From Phycisphaerae bacterium (GTDB taxonomy: Bacteria; Planctomycetota; Phycisphaerae; Sedimentisphaerales; UBA12454), in the NCBI GenBank assembly GCA_041478555.1, contig JBGOWI010000002.1, positions 14,622-78,621 on the forward strand: a DNA stretch of 64,000 nucleotides. Direction: 5' to 3'. Under the pieces are notes generated by a model, which ran no database searches, had not been told where the DNA came from, and was given only the letters and a program-made list of their open reading frames with translations. Below, piece by piece: positions 52,822-61,172 of this stretch. The translations under genes and the position numbers were made by a program. Within the stretch, counting starts at the first letter, position 1; every line of letters begins with the position of its first letter.

Positions 52822-55800
52822 TTACCAGTTATGTCCGCAGTTCGGGTCATTCGGGTCGTTGCACTGTGTCCACTGCACGGCAAAATCGCCGAAGTCGAGG
52901 AAGTTGACGATGCCGTCCACCGGCTCAAAATCCGCACCATCACAGTTGTTGGAATCGCCGCATTCAGGATTCAGCCAGTAATAGGATATAACATCGAGGT
53001 CCTGGTTGTCAACATAACAATCGCCGTTGAGGTCTGACAGGAGGCCGTGGCCAGTAGCCCGCACCTGCGAGCAGTCCTGGTAATCGGGCGTAGCTGAAGC
53101 TTCGTTCGAATAGCCGGATTCGTTGTTGGCGTCATCAACCGCTGTTACGACGTAATAATAGGGTATGCCGTTGGTGGCGCTGTTGTCGATATAATTCGAG
53201 TCGCTCACAAGAGTAGAGCCGTTCAACTTGCTGTAGCCGCTGCCCGAAGTTGTTGAGCGATATACATTGTAACCTGCCAGGTCAACTTCATTGTTATCAT
53301 CCCAGTCAAGCGTAACTATTCCATTGCCTGCCGTTGCTGCCAGTCCTGTCGGCGCCGCTGGAGGCATATCTATTGCTGCAGCCTTGACTACGAAGCCGAT
53401 AATTACCTGACGATTCACATTTGTGTGTCTTACGTTTGGCTCTTCGACAACCCCTATTGCGGATTTGTATCCAGTTGTGCCGGTGGACGAAGCCATATCT
53501 TGTTCAATAGCTTCGGTGAATCCGTTATTTACAGTATAGTCACCCGTATTGCCGCACGTAGCAGCATCGATAACCATATCCCCGTCGTTTGTGGCGAGAG
53601 CGGCGGTCGTGATTGGATTTGGAGTGCTGCTTGCCGTGCCGTTACTGGCGGATGCTCCGATAGAAGTAGTCTGGTCAACGTTGGAAAGGAATACACTTGC
53701 GTATCCAACCTCCGTCGGCGTTGTGTTCCAAGTGGGAGCAAACGTGCCGCTGGTTGCAGCAGCAATGTTTGGCTCTTTGAGGATATATGCCACAACGTAT
53801 GCATAGGTGGTTGGTGTTCCACTGCTGACTGCTCTTTCGATGACCTTGGTCATTGATTGTCCGCCGTAGGTTACAGAGACCAGATTCATATCGCCGGCAC
53901 GCTCGCCATGTGCAATAAAAATCAAAGCACGGTTAATTCCGTTTGCTTCTTTGGCGTGGCTGGTTCCGGAGACCCATGAGCCGATGATGTTCACGTCTGT
54001 CGGGGGTGCTTGGGTGGTTGCGGACTGTGTGCTCGACCAGCCCGTCTGGTTTGGGGCAGGGGCGCTATCGCGAGCCTTGACCCTGAACATATATAAAGTT
54101 GAAGGAGTAAGACCTTGTGCTACGTATGTCGGGCTTGTTTGCCAGGTGCTGTTGGCCTCGCCGTGATTGGTGCATTCGAAATAATACTGCACAGGCGGAC
54201 TCGTAGCGTCGGTAGCGGTTGTTGCGGTCATTGTAATTGTGCTTGCGCCGGTAGCTGTCGGAACCGTTGCCCAGACAAGCGGATTTGGCGTCGGCGGCGT
54301 GGTATCCGGTGCGTTAGTGGTTGCCGATTCTGTGCTCGACCAGCCCGTCTGGTTTTGGGCAGGGGCGCTGTCGCGTGCCTTGACCCTGAATGTATATAAT
54401 GTTGAAGGATTGAGGCCGCTGGCTGCATAAGTCGGGCTTGTTTGCCAGGTACTATTGGCCTCACCGTGATTGGTGCATTCGAAGTAGTACCGCACGGGTG
54501 TACTAATGTCCGTTGCGGTCGTTGCGGTCATTGTGATTGTGTATGGCCCCGTTGCGGTTGGCGTCGAAGCCCAGGTCATCGGGTTCGGTGTTGGGGCATT
54601 GGTGTCAGGCGGACCGCTATAGAAACCAGTTTCGAGCTCAAATGCCTCGGTTCCCGTTCCCGGTTCCAGCTCTATAGTGTGTATTTCTGTATTGGGTTCG
54701 CCGGCCTTGCTGAGCGTTATCTCGTAAGTGCCGTGAATTCCCCTGAAATTCACCTCGCCTGACGTATTGGTGTAATTGGCATCTTTTGTTGTCCATTCGT
54801 TCATCAGGGCTTCGTATTTTTGGCCGGCTGCGTTTAAAACGCCGCTGGTGCTTACAAGCCCCCAGGCGCTGTTGGCCCGCCAGGTATAGCCTACCATAAA
54901 GCCCCACATTATTATGCCCTCAACATTTGGGTCGCTGAACATTATTCGGTAGTAGTTCTCCACGTCAGTTGCTCGCGCAGAATCACTTGTGGTATCGGAA
55001 TCGAACTCGGTGGCCCAGATGGGCAGACCCAGTTGATTGCCCAGAGGTTTGAGGACGTTGTTCCAGTAACTTTCGGGGTCAAAGGGCGAATTAATGTGGC
55101 CCTGAATGCCGATGGCGTGGATTGGCGCTCCTTTGCCGCGCAGATTATTGACGAGACTTATATAATTGGTAGCGGTGTAACTGCCGAATGAATTGCCGGA
55201 GTATTCATTGACAAACAGTTTGCAGTTGGGGTCTAACTGGTTGGCCCTTTGGTGCATCCAGACTCTTGAATTTACATCTGTTGAACCCGGCCCACCTACC
55301 TCGAGGCGGTCGAAGAATGGGTCGGTCAGTTGTTCATTATCGACATCCCAGTGGACAAATTTATTCTGAAAATGAGGCACCACGCTATTCAGCCGGTTCT
55401 GACAGGCAGTGTACAAAGCGGAAATCTGCGGCCAGGGTGCATAGGTCAGATTCGTTACCCACGATGGGAGACTGCTGCTCTGTTCCCAGAAGATACAATG
55501 GCCTCGCATCGTGATTCCGTTGCTGTTACACCAGTTGTAGATATTATCCGCATCCGTATAGGAAACACTGCCTTGTGTCTTCTCGTTGGAGGTCCACTTT
55601 GTCTCATTTTCACACGCCGCCCATTCGAAATGGTTCTTGAAAAAGTTGGCATAAGTGGTATTGCTGTTGACTCTATAGTTGATGCACGAGCCGAATGCGA
55701 AGCGATGCTTAACCTGTTTTATTTGCACATTAACGTCGGCGACAGGCTCCCCATTAGAGCCGAGGACCGTAATTTCGGCATTCCTCTTGCGCATCGACTC

Positions 55801-55899
55801 AATTCTTGCGTTGGCGTCGCTTTTCCAGTCGGCGTAAGAGGATGATGTTAATAAAACAACCGTTAAAAACAAACGGGCATAAGAATATTTAACAGACAT
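52822..55899 (-). CDS. Multidomain secreted GH10 enzyme: GH10, beta-sandwich, 2x Fn3, unassigned ~210-aa module, Fn3 and Cys-containing dockerin-like tail
   Basis: FAFGSCIN, WAACENETKW, HWDVDNEQ and WATEFDS indicate GH10. Two tandem ..PTPNP..YYFECTNHGEANSTWQTSPTY..FRVKARD Fn3 units are present. The tail is near-identical to that of 49456-52638. Confidence 0.85.
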   Translation of the reverse strand: MSVKYSYARLFLTVVLLTSSSYADWKSDANARIESMRKRNAEITVLGSNGEPVADVNVQIKQVKHRFAFGSCINYRVNSNTTYANFFKNHFEWAACENETKWTSNEKTQGSVSYTDADNIYNWCNSNGITMRGHCIFWEQSSSLPSWVTNLTYAPWPQISALYTACQNRLNSVVPHFQNKFVHWDVDNEQLTDPFFDRLEVGGPGSTDVNSRVWMHQRANQLDPNCKLFVNEYSGNSFGSYTATNYISLVNNLRGKGAPIHAIGIQGHINSPFDPESYWNNVLKPLGNQLGLPIWATEFDSDTTSDSARATDVENYYRIMFSDPNVEGIIMWGFMVGYTWRANSAWGLVSTSGVLNAAGQKYEALMNEWTTKDANYTNTSGEVNFRGIHGTYEITLSKAGEPNTEIHTIELEPGTGTEAFELETGFYSGPPDTNAPTPNPMTWASTPTATGPYTITMTATTATDISTPVRYYFECTNHGEANSTWQTSPTYAASGLNPSTLYTFRVKARDSAPAQNQTGWSSTESATTNAPDTTPPTPNPLVWATVPTATGASTITMTATTATDATSPPVQYYFECTNHGEANSTWQTSPTYVAQGLTPSTLYMFRVKARDSAPAPNQTGWSSTQSATTQAPPTDVNIIGSWVSGTSHAKEANGINRALIFIAHGERAGDMNLVSVTYGGQSMTKVIERAVSSGTPTTYAYVVAYILKEPNIAAATSGTFAPTWNTTPTEVGYASVFLSNVDQTTSIGASASNGTASSTPNPITTAALATNDGDMVIDAATCGNTGDYTVNNGFTEAIEQDMASSTGTTGYKSAIGVVEEPNVRHTNVNRQVIIGFVVKAAAIDMPPAAPTGLAATAGNGIVTLDWDDNNEVDLAGYNVYRSTTSGSGYSKLNGSTLVSDSNYIDNSATNGIPYYYVVTAVDDANNESGYSNEASATPDYQDCSQVRATGHGLLSDLNGDCYVDNQDLDVISYYWLNPECGDSNNCDGADFEPVDGIVNFLDFGDFAVQWTQCNDPNDPNCGHNW

Positions 55900-56545
55900 T
55901 TTCTTCTTCCTTAATTATGTTTTGGCTAAAATGCACGTTATAAAATATGGTTTTAGAATGGCTGAGTTGGTGATTCATTGATGTATCAGCCTTGCCTGCG
56001 GCATTAGGCTCGATTGGCTTGGGCGGGGCGGCAGGCGGGCCGAATACGTTTACGTCATCGACGTAGAAATTTACGTCTGCGGCAGGACCTTCAAAGTAAA
56101 CATCGAGAGTTGTCAACGTGCCGACGGCATTCAGGGTGAAACTTCCTGAGAGCTGGACCCAATTACTGTCGTTGGCGGTTCCCTTGGCTATGTTAATATA
56201 TCTGGTGCCTTTATCATCCTTTTGCTCAATGGATACAACGACATCAGCGCCGGCTGCGTTTTCGAGTCTGACCCAGCCGGAAATTTGATAAGTGTTTCCA
56301 TCCTGTACTCTGCCCAGGATAGACTGTTTGATTCCCTGCCAGTTTTGGGTTCTGCCGGATGCCTTTCCACTGTAAGTGCCGCTGTGCTTTTGTTCAGTTG
56401 TTGTTGTGAACGTGCAACCGCGAGCAGCCCAGCCATTGCTATCCTCGAACCCTGGATTTGCAAGTATGTTGGTATCGCCGTAACAGGGCGACAATGCCAA
56501 ACAGCCGGCCAAAAACAAGACCATACCAAAATACTTAATGGACAT
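55889..56545 (-). pseudogene. CBM-only remnant of a CBM-GH30 gene (truncated at ~55980)
   Basis: MSIKYFGMVLFLAGCLALSPCYG..NILANPGFEDSNGW.. is collinear with the N termini of 56562-58724 and 46275-48101 up to ..PKPIEPNAAGKADTS. It then reads into the leader of the GH10 gene and stops. Confidence 0.6.
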
Positions 56546-56561
56546 TTTTGTTCCCCTTAAA

Positions 56562-58724
56562 TTAATTTTCCCAGTTAGATATACAGCCTGGTCCACCTGG
56601 GTCATTGCAAGTCAGCCATTGGGCTGCTAAATCGGCAAAGTCGAGCAGGTTCACTATATTATCAGAATCAGTATGAATGTCAGGCGAATGTTCCGGCGGA
56701 AATACCGTTATCGGGGATGTTTCAAGCCAATGCTCTGTCATAACCAGCAGGTCCTTGAAGTTGATGTAGCAATCGCTGTTCAAGTCCGCGAGTAATCTGT
56801 AATGAAAGTCTTGTACTTCCTGACAGTTCGTAGGAATCAGCGTTCCCATTAGTGCAACGGTTGTGATTGAGTTTTTAGGCAGGGTTAAAGGCGTGTTCGC
56901 GTCGAATACTCCGACAAAGGCACACTTTTGTGTCAGGCTCGAATTGGTTCGATATACATTACCGTCTTGGACTTCGAAATTTCCGAGAGAATTAAAGTCC
57001 AGCGCAATGTTGGTGTCGGTGGAGGTATTTATTATTACAATTGACATTTGATTGTTATCAGGGCTGATGTAGGCTGAGATTCTCAATGCGGGAGAATTTG
57101 TTGATGCCTCGATGCGCTGCCAATTAGGGTCTGTAAAAGCGGCATAGTGCTTAAAGGCATAATAGACTGGATTAATGGTATAGCTTGATGCCGTGATACT
57201 CACCAGACCCGTTCCAGATGTTCCCCAGAACAAGTCCCAATGCATATATGCTGCCACCTCCTCAACAGTCAGAGAGTTGTGCATCAACTTCGCCAGATTT
57301 ATTGCGTCAGTGAAATTACTCTCGTTATGGGAATATTCTGTCTGCAGCAATGGTTTATAGCCATATTGTGCTGCGAAGCTTGCCATCGTGGAAATGTAAC
57401 CGTCAGGGTTGTCGCCATCTCCGCCGCCATTATAAAGATGATGAGCGTAACCATAAACTGGTGACCTGTCAAAAAGGGCATCTATATAACTGGTCAATTG
57501 ATTAAAGCCTGCTGTTTCCGGTGCGAGCAGCTTGGGAGGATTTGGCAAAGCGGCTACTTTGGTGGAGAGGGCCTGGAAGGCTGAATTGTAACCCGCATAG
57601 CTTGAGTTCTCATTTGGGTCAAATCTGCAGGAGTCCCACGTGGCTAAATAGTCAGGTTCGTTCTGCATATTGATATATTCGGCGCGTATGCCGTGATTGT
57701 TAAAATCGATTATGCTGTTATACCACCATTGTGCAAACCTTTGGTAAACGTATCCGGAAGAGCCGTTATTGGGGTCGTTAAAATCTTTTGCAAGCGTTCC
57801 GCCGACAGTACTGTTATTGCTCTTGAGAGAGTACGGCGGAGAATTCGGCGGAGACCACGAAGAAATCATAATCTTTATGGGATGTCCTAACGAAGATGCT
57901 GCACGGGCGACGATTGTGGCTGAGTTATCTATGTAGCTGCTGCCGCCTGACTGGCCATAAGCGTTTCGCAACCTGTAAATATCAAGGCCTAATTGGCCGA
58001 AGAGAACTTTATAGATGTTCGGGTCGGATTGGCCAAGGCTGACAAGCGTTCCTTCATACCAGGCGCCGGCGGCTCCGAAGCCTTCGAGGACCTGATGACG
58101 TATTGATGTATTGATTTGACCTGTGGCATTAGGGTCGGTGGGAGTAGGGGGTGGGCCAAATACATTCGCGTCATCGACAAAGAAGTTTACGTCTGCGGCA
58201 GGACCCTCAAAGTAAACATCAAGAGTTCCTAATATGCCGTTGACGTCTAATGTGAAACTCCCTGAGAGCTGGATCCAACTACTTTTGTTGGCGGTCTTAC
58301 TATTTATAGTATAGTATCTGGTGCCGCCATTGCTATCAGTTTGCTCAACGGATACCTTGACAATATTGCTGTCCGAGTTTTCGAGTTTGACCCAGCCGGA
58401 TATCGCGTAGGTGTTTCCATCCTGTACTTTGCCTAAAAGTGACTGTTTTATTCCCTGCCATGTAGCAGTTCTCTTGGATGCCTTTCCACTGTAAGTGCCG
58501 CTGTGCTTTTGTGCAGTTGTGTACGTGAACGTGCAACCGCGAGCAGCCCAGCCATTGCTATCCTCGAACCCGGGATTTGTAAGTATGTTGATATCGCCGT
58601 AACAGGGCGACAATGTCAAAACACCGGCCAAAAACAAGACCATACCAAAATACTTAATGGACGTTTTTGTTCTCCTTAAATTAATTTTCCCAGTTAGATA
58701 TACAGCCTGGTCCACCCGGGTCAT
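56562..58724 (-). CDS. Secreted CBM4/9/22-like plus GH30 enzyme with a Cys-containing dockerin-like tail
   Basis: NILTNPGFEDSNGW (CBM); LEGFGAAGAW, INMQNEPD and LQTEYS (GH30); tail ADLNSDCYINFKDLLVMTEHWL..NLLDFADLAAQWLTCNDPGGPGCISNWEN. The start is uncertain (ATG 58724 lies inside the upstream gene; ATG 58643 is the alternative). Confidence 0.82.
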   Translation of the reverse strand: MTRVDQAVYLTGKINLRRTKTSIKYFGMVLFLAGVLTLSPCYGDINILTNPGFEDSNGWAARGCTFTYTTAQKHSGTYSGKASKRTATWQGIKQSLLGKVQDGNTYAISGWVKLENSDSNIVKVSVEQTDSNGGTRYYTINSKTANKSSWIQLSGSFTLDVNGILGTLDVYFEGPAADVNFFVDDANVFGPPPTPTDPNATGQINTSIRHQVLEGFGAAGAWYEGTLVSLGQSDPNIYKVLFGQLGLDIYRLRNAYGQSGGSSYIDNSATIVARAASSLGHPIKIMISSWSPPNSPPYSLKSNNSTVGGTLAKDFNDPNNGSSGYVYQRFAQWWYNSIIDFNNHGIRAEYINMQNEPDYLATWDSCRFDPNENSSYAGYNSAFQALSTKVAALPNPPKLLAPETAGFNQLTSYIDALFDRSPVYGYAHHLYNGGGDGDNPDGYISTMASFAAQYGYKPLLQTEYSHNESNFTDAINLAKLMHNSLTVEEVAAYMHWDLFWGTSGTGLVSITASSYTINPVYYAFKHYAAFTDPNWQRIEASTNSPALRISAYISPDNNQMSIVIINTSTDTNIALDFNSLGNFEVQDGNVYRTNSSLTQKCAFVGVFDANTPLTLPKNSITTVALMGTLIPTNCQEVQDFHYRLLADLNSDCYINFKDLLVMTEHWLETSPITVFPPEHSPDIHTDSDNIVNLLDFADLAAQWLTCNDPGGPGCISNWEN

Positions 58725-60798
58725 TGCAAGTCAGCCATTGAGCCGCTAAATCGGCAAAGTCGAGCAGGTTTACTATGTTACCGGAATCAGTATGGATGTC
58801 AGGCGAATGTTCCGGCGGAAATACCGTTATCGGGGATGTTTCAAGCCAATGCTCTGTCATAACCAGCAGGTCCTTGAAGTTGACATAGCAGTCGCCGGTT
58901 AAGTCCGCAGGTAATCTGTAACCAAAGTTTTGTACTTCCTGACAGCTTGTGGGAAGCAGCGTTCCAGTTAGTGCAATGGTTGCGATTGACCTTGCAGGCA
59001 AAGACAAAGGCATAGTGTCCCCAAACTTTCCTATGAGTGCACAGTTTTCCATTATGCTTGTTCGATAAACATTGCCATCTGCGACTTCAAAATTACCGAG
59101 AGAATTAAAGTCGAGAAAGATGTCGGCGCCGGTAGAGGTGTTTATTATTACAATGGACATTTGATTGTTATCAGGGCTGATGTAGGCTGAGATTCGCAGG
59201 GCGTTCGGTTCGTTGTTCGGTTCGTCTGTTGAGGCTTCAAGACGCTGCCAATTGGGGTCCGTAAAGGCTGAATAGTGCTTGAAGGCATAATAGACCGGAT
59301 TGATGGTATAGCTTGTTGATGAAATACTTACCAGTCCTTTGGGGGCTCCCCAGAACAACTCCCAGTACAGATATGCGGAGGCGTTCTCGACAGTCAGAGA
59401 GTTGTGCATCAAAAGCGCCAGATTCATTGCGTCGGTAAAGGTAAGGGCGTTCGAGTCCCCCCTTGAGAATTCTGTCTGCAGTCGCGGCTTGTCACTATAA
59501 TTTGCCGCTAACCAGGTCATTGCGGAGATATAGCCGTCAGGGTTGTCCGCGCTACCGCCGCCGCCATAAAGATGATGGGCATAGCCGTAAACATTGGATT
59601 TGTCAGTTGTGTCTAGTGCATTTATATAATACCAGGTGTCGTATATACTCGCACCTTCCGGTGCCAGAAGTTTTGGACGATTTGGCATCGTGTTCAACTT
59701 ATTGTACAAGGCTCGAAAGGCCTGCGTGTAACCTGCGTAATCTGATGTCTCATCGTTGTAGAATACGCACGAATCCCAGGTGGCCCAAAAGTCGGGTTCA
59801 TTTTGCATATTCACGTATTCGGCATTTATGCCATGATTGGAAAAATCGGTCAGGCTGTCCCGCCACCATTGTGCAAACCTTTGGTATACGTATCCGTAAG
59901 GGACATTATTGGGGTCGTTATAATCTTTGGCAAGCGTTCCGCCGTTGTTAGTGGTGCCGTTGCTTTTTAGCGTAGCCGGCGGAGACCACGAGGAAATCAT
60001 AATCTTTATTTTCGGGTTACGAGCCTTCGCGGCTGCGACGATTTGAGCAGTGTTGTCTATATAGCCGGCGTCATATCCGTGGGTATTTCGTACCCTGTAA
60101 ATATCAAGGCCTAATTGACTGAAGAGTGTGTCATAGATGTCTGGGTGGGATCCGCCGAGGCTGACAAGCGTTCCATCACTCCAGGCGCCGGCGGCCCCGA
60201 AGCCTTCTATCTTCTGGCGGCGTATTGTTGTATCAACACTGGCATAAAGAGGAGGAGGGGACGGACCAAATACACTTACATCATCGAGGTAGAGATATAC
60301 TCCTGCGGCAGGGCCTGAGAAGTAAACGTCCAGGACAGTCAATGTGCCGGTAACACTCAGTGTGAAACTCCCTGAGAGCCGGACCCAATAAGTATTATAG
60401 CCGGTGTCGCTGTTTACGTCAATTAATCTGTTGCCCAGACCATCAGTTTGCTCGATGGTTACCTTGATATTATCACTGGCCACGCTTGAAAGTTTGACCC
60501 ACCCGGATATCTGGTAGGTACCTCCGGGCTGCATTTTGCCTAAAAGGGACTGTTTGATTCCCTGTGACGTCGCGGTTCTGCCGACTGCTAATCCGCTGCG
60601 AGACCCGCTGTGCTTGTCTGACGTTGTTGATGTAAATCCACAACCGCCGCGGGCGGCCCAGCCGGTTGTACCGCTTTCAAACCCCGGATTTGTCAGAATA
60701 TTTACATTTGCGGCTTTAGTGCCGGAAATCGCAGCAAAAAACACTATCAGTGTTGTCAAAAGGTTAGTCCATCCAAAGTTATGGATGTCTTTTTCCAT
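58681..60798 (-). CDS. Secreted CBM4/9/22-like plus GH30 enzyme with a Cys-containing dockerin-like tail (first gene of the array)
   Basis: The track ORF starts at TTG 60837; ATG 60798 (MEKDIHNFGWTNLLTTLIVFFAAISGTKA) has GGAGG 11 nt upstream. Domain motifs are as in 56562-58724. Confidence 0.82.
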   Translation of the reverse strand: MEKDIHNFGWTNLLTTLIVFFAAISGTKAANVNILTNPGFESGTTGWAARGGCGFTSTTSDKHSGSRSGLAVGRTATSQGIKQSLLGKMQPGGTYQISGWVKLSSVASDNIKVTIEQTDGLGNRLIDVNSDTGYNTYWVRLSGSFTLSVTGTLTVLDVYFSGPAAGVYLYLDDVSVFGPSPPPLYASVDTTIRRQKIEGFGAAGAWSDGTLVSLGGSHPDIYDTLFSQLGLDIYRVRNTHGYDAGYIDNTAQIVAAAKARNPKIKIMISSWSPPATLKSNGTTNNGGTLAKDYNDPNNVPYGYVYQRFAQWWRDSLTDFSNHGINAEYVNMQNEPDFWATWDSCVFYNDETSDYAGYTQAFRALYNKLNTMPNRPKLLAPEGASIYDTWYYINALDTTDKSNVYGYAHHLYGGGGSADNPDGYISAMTWLAANYSDKPRLQTEFSRGDSNALTFTDAMNLALLMHNSLTVENASAYLYWELFWGAPKGLVSISSTSYTINPVYYAFKHYSAFTDPNWQRLEASTDEPNNEPNALRISAYISPDNNQMSIVIINTSTGADIFLDFNSLGNFEVADGNVYRTSIMENCALIGKFGDTMPLSLPARSIATIALTGTLLPTSCQEVQNFGYRLPADLTGDCYVNFKDLLVMTEHWLETSPITVFPPEHSPDIHTDSGNIVNLLDFADLAAQWLTCNDPGGPGCISNWEN

Positions 60799-60906
60799 TT
60801 TCAACCCATCCTCCGTAGATTGCCAAATTGTTGGCAAGACCCTCCGCCGGTCTTTTTGAAAACACCACCGCAGGTCGACTAATTTGACCCTTGTTCTTTT
60901 TCAAAC

Positions 60907-60961
60907 AGTAAACGATTACCGAACTTCTTATATCATAGCCTATCCTATACTGGTACGTCAA
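60907..60961 (-). promoter_or_regulatory. Promoter of the GH30/GH10 array with a near-consensus LacI-type operator (copy E)
   Basis: The minus strand reads TTGACG-18 nt-TATGAT, then GGTAATCGTTTACT. On the plus strand this is AGTAAACGATTACC at 60907-60920, a 12/14 match to the palindrome. Confidence 0.5.
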
Positions 60962-61105
60962 GAACATTTGAAGGAATATGGGATTGTTTTATTTTTTTGC
61001 GTTATTTTTCATGCTAAAAAAGACACATATTATCTGCATTTATCGACTTCTGGTGGGTCTGAAAACAGGATTGTCCAAAAAAAGAAAAAATGTATATAAA
61101 AAACC

Positions 61106-61155
61106 TTGACATTCTTCCAGGACAGTGATAATTTATACAAGTAAACGTTTACTTG
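61106..61155 (+). promoter_or_regulatory. Promoter plus LacI-type operator, copy D (autoregulatory)
   Basis: TTGACA-17 nt-TAATTT, then CAAGTAAACGTTTACTTG (61138-61155), 18-32 nt upstream of the regulator start. Confidence 0.65.
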
Positions 61156-61172
61156 TTTTTTAAGCTGTAAAC

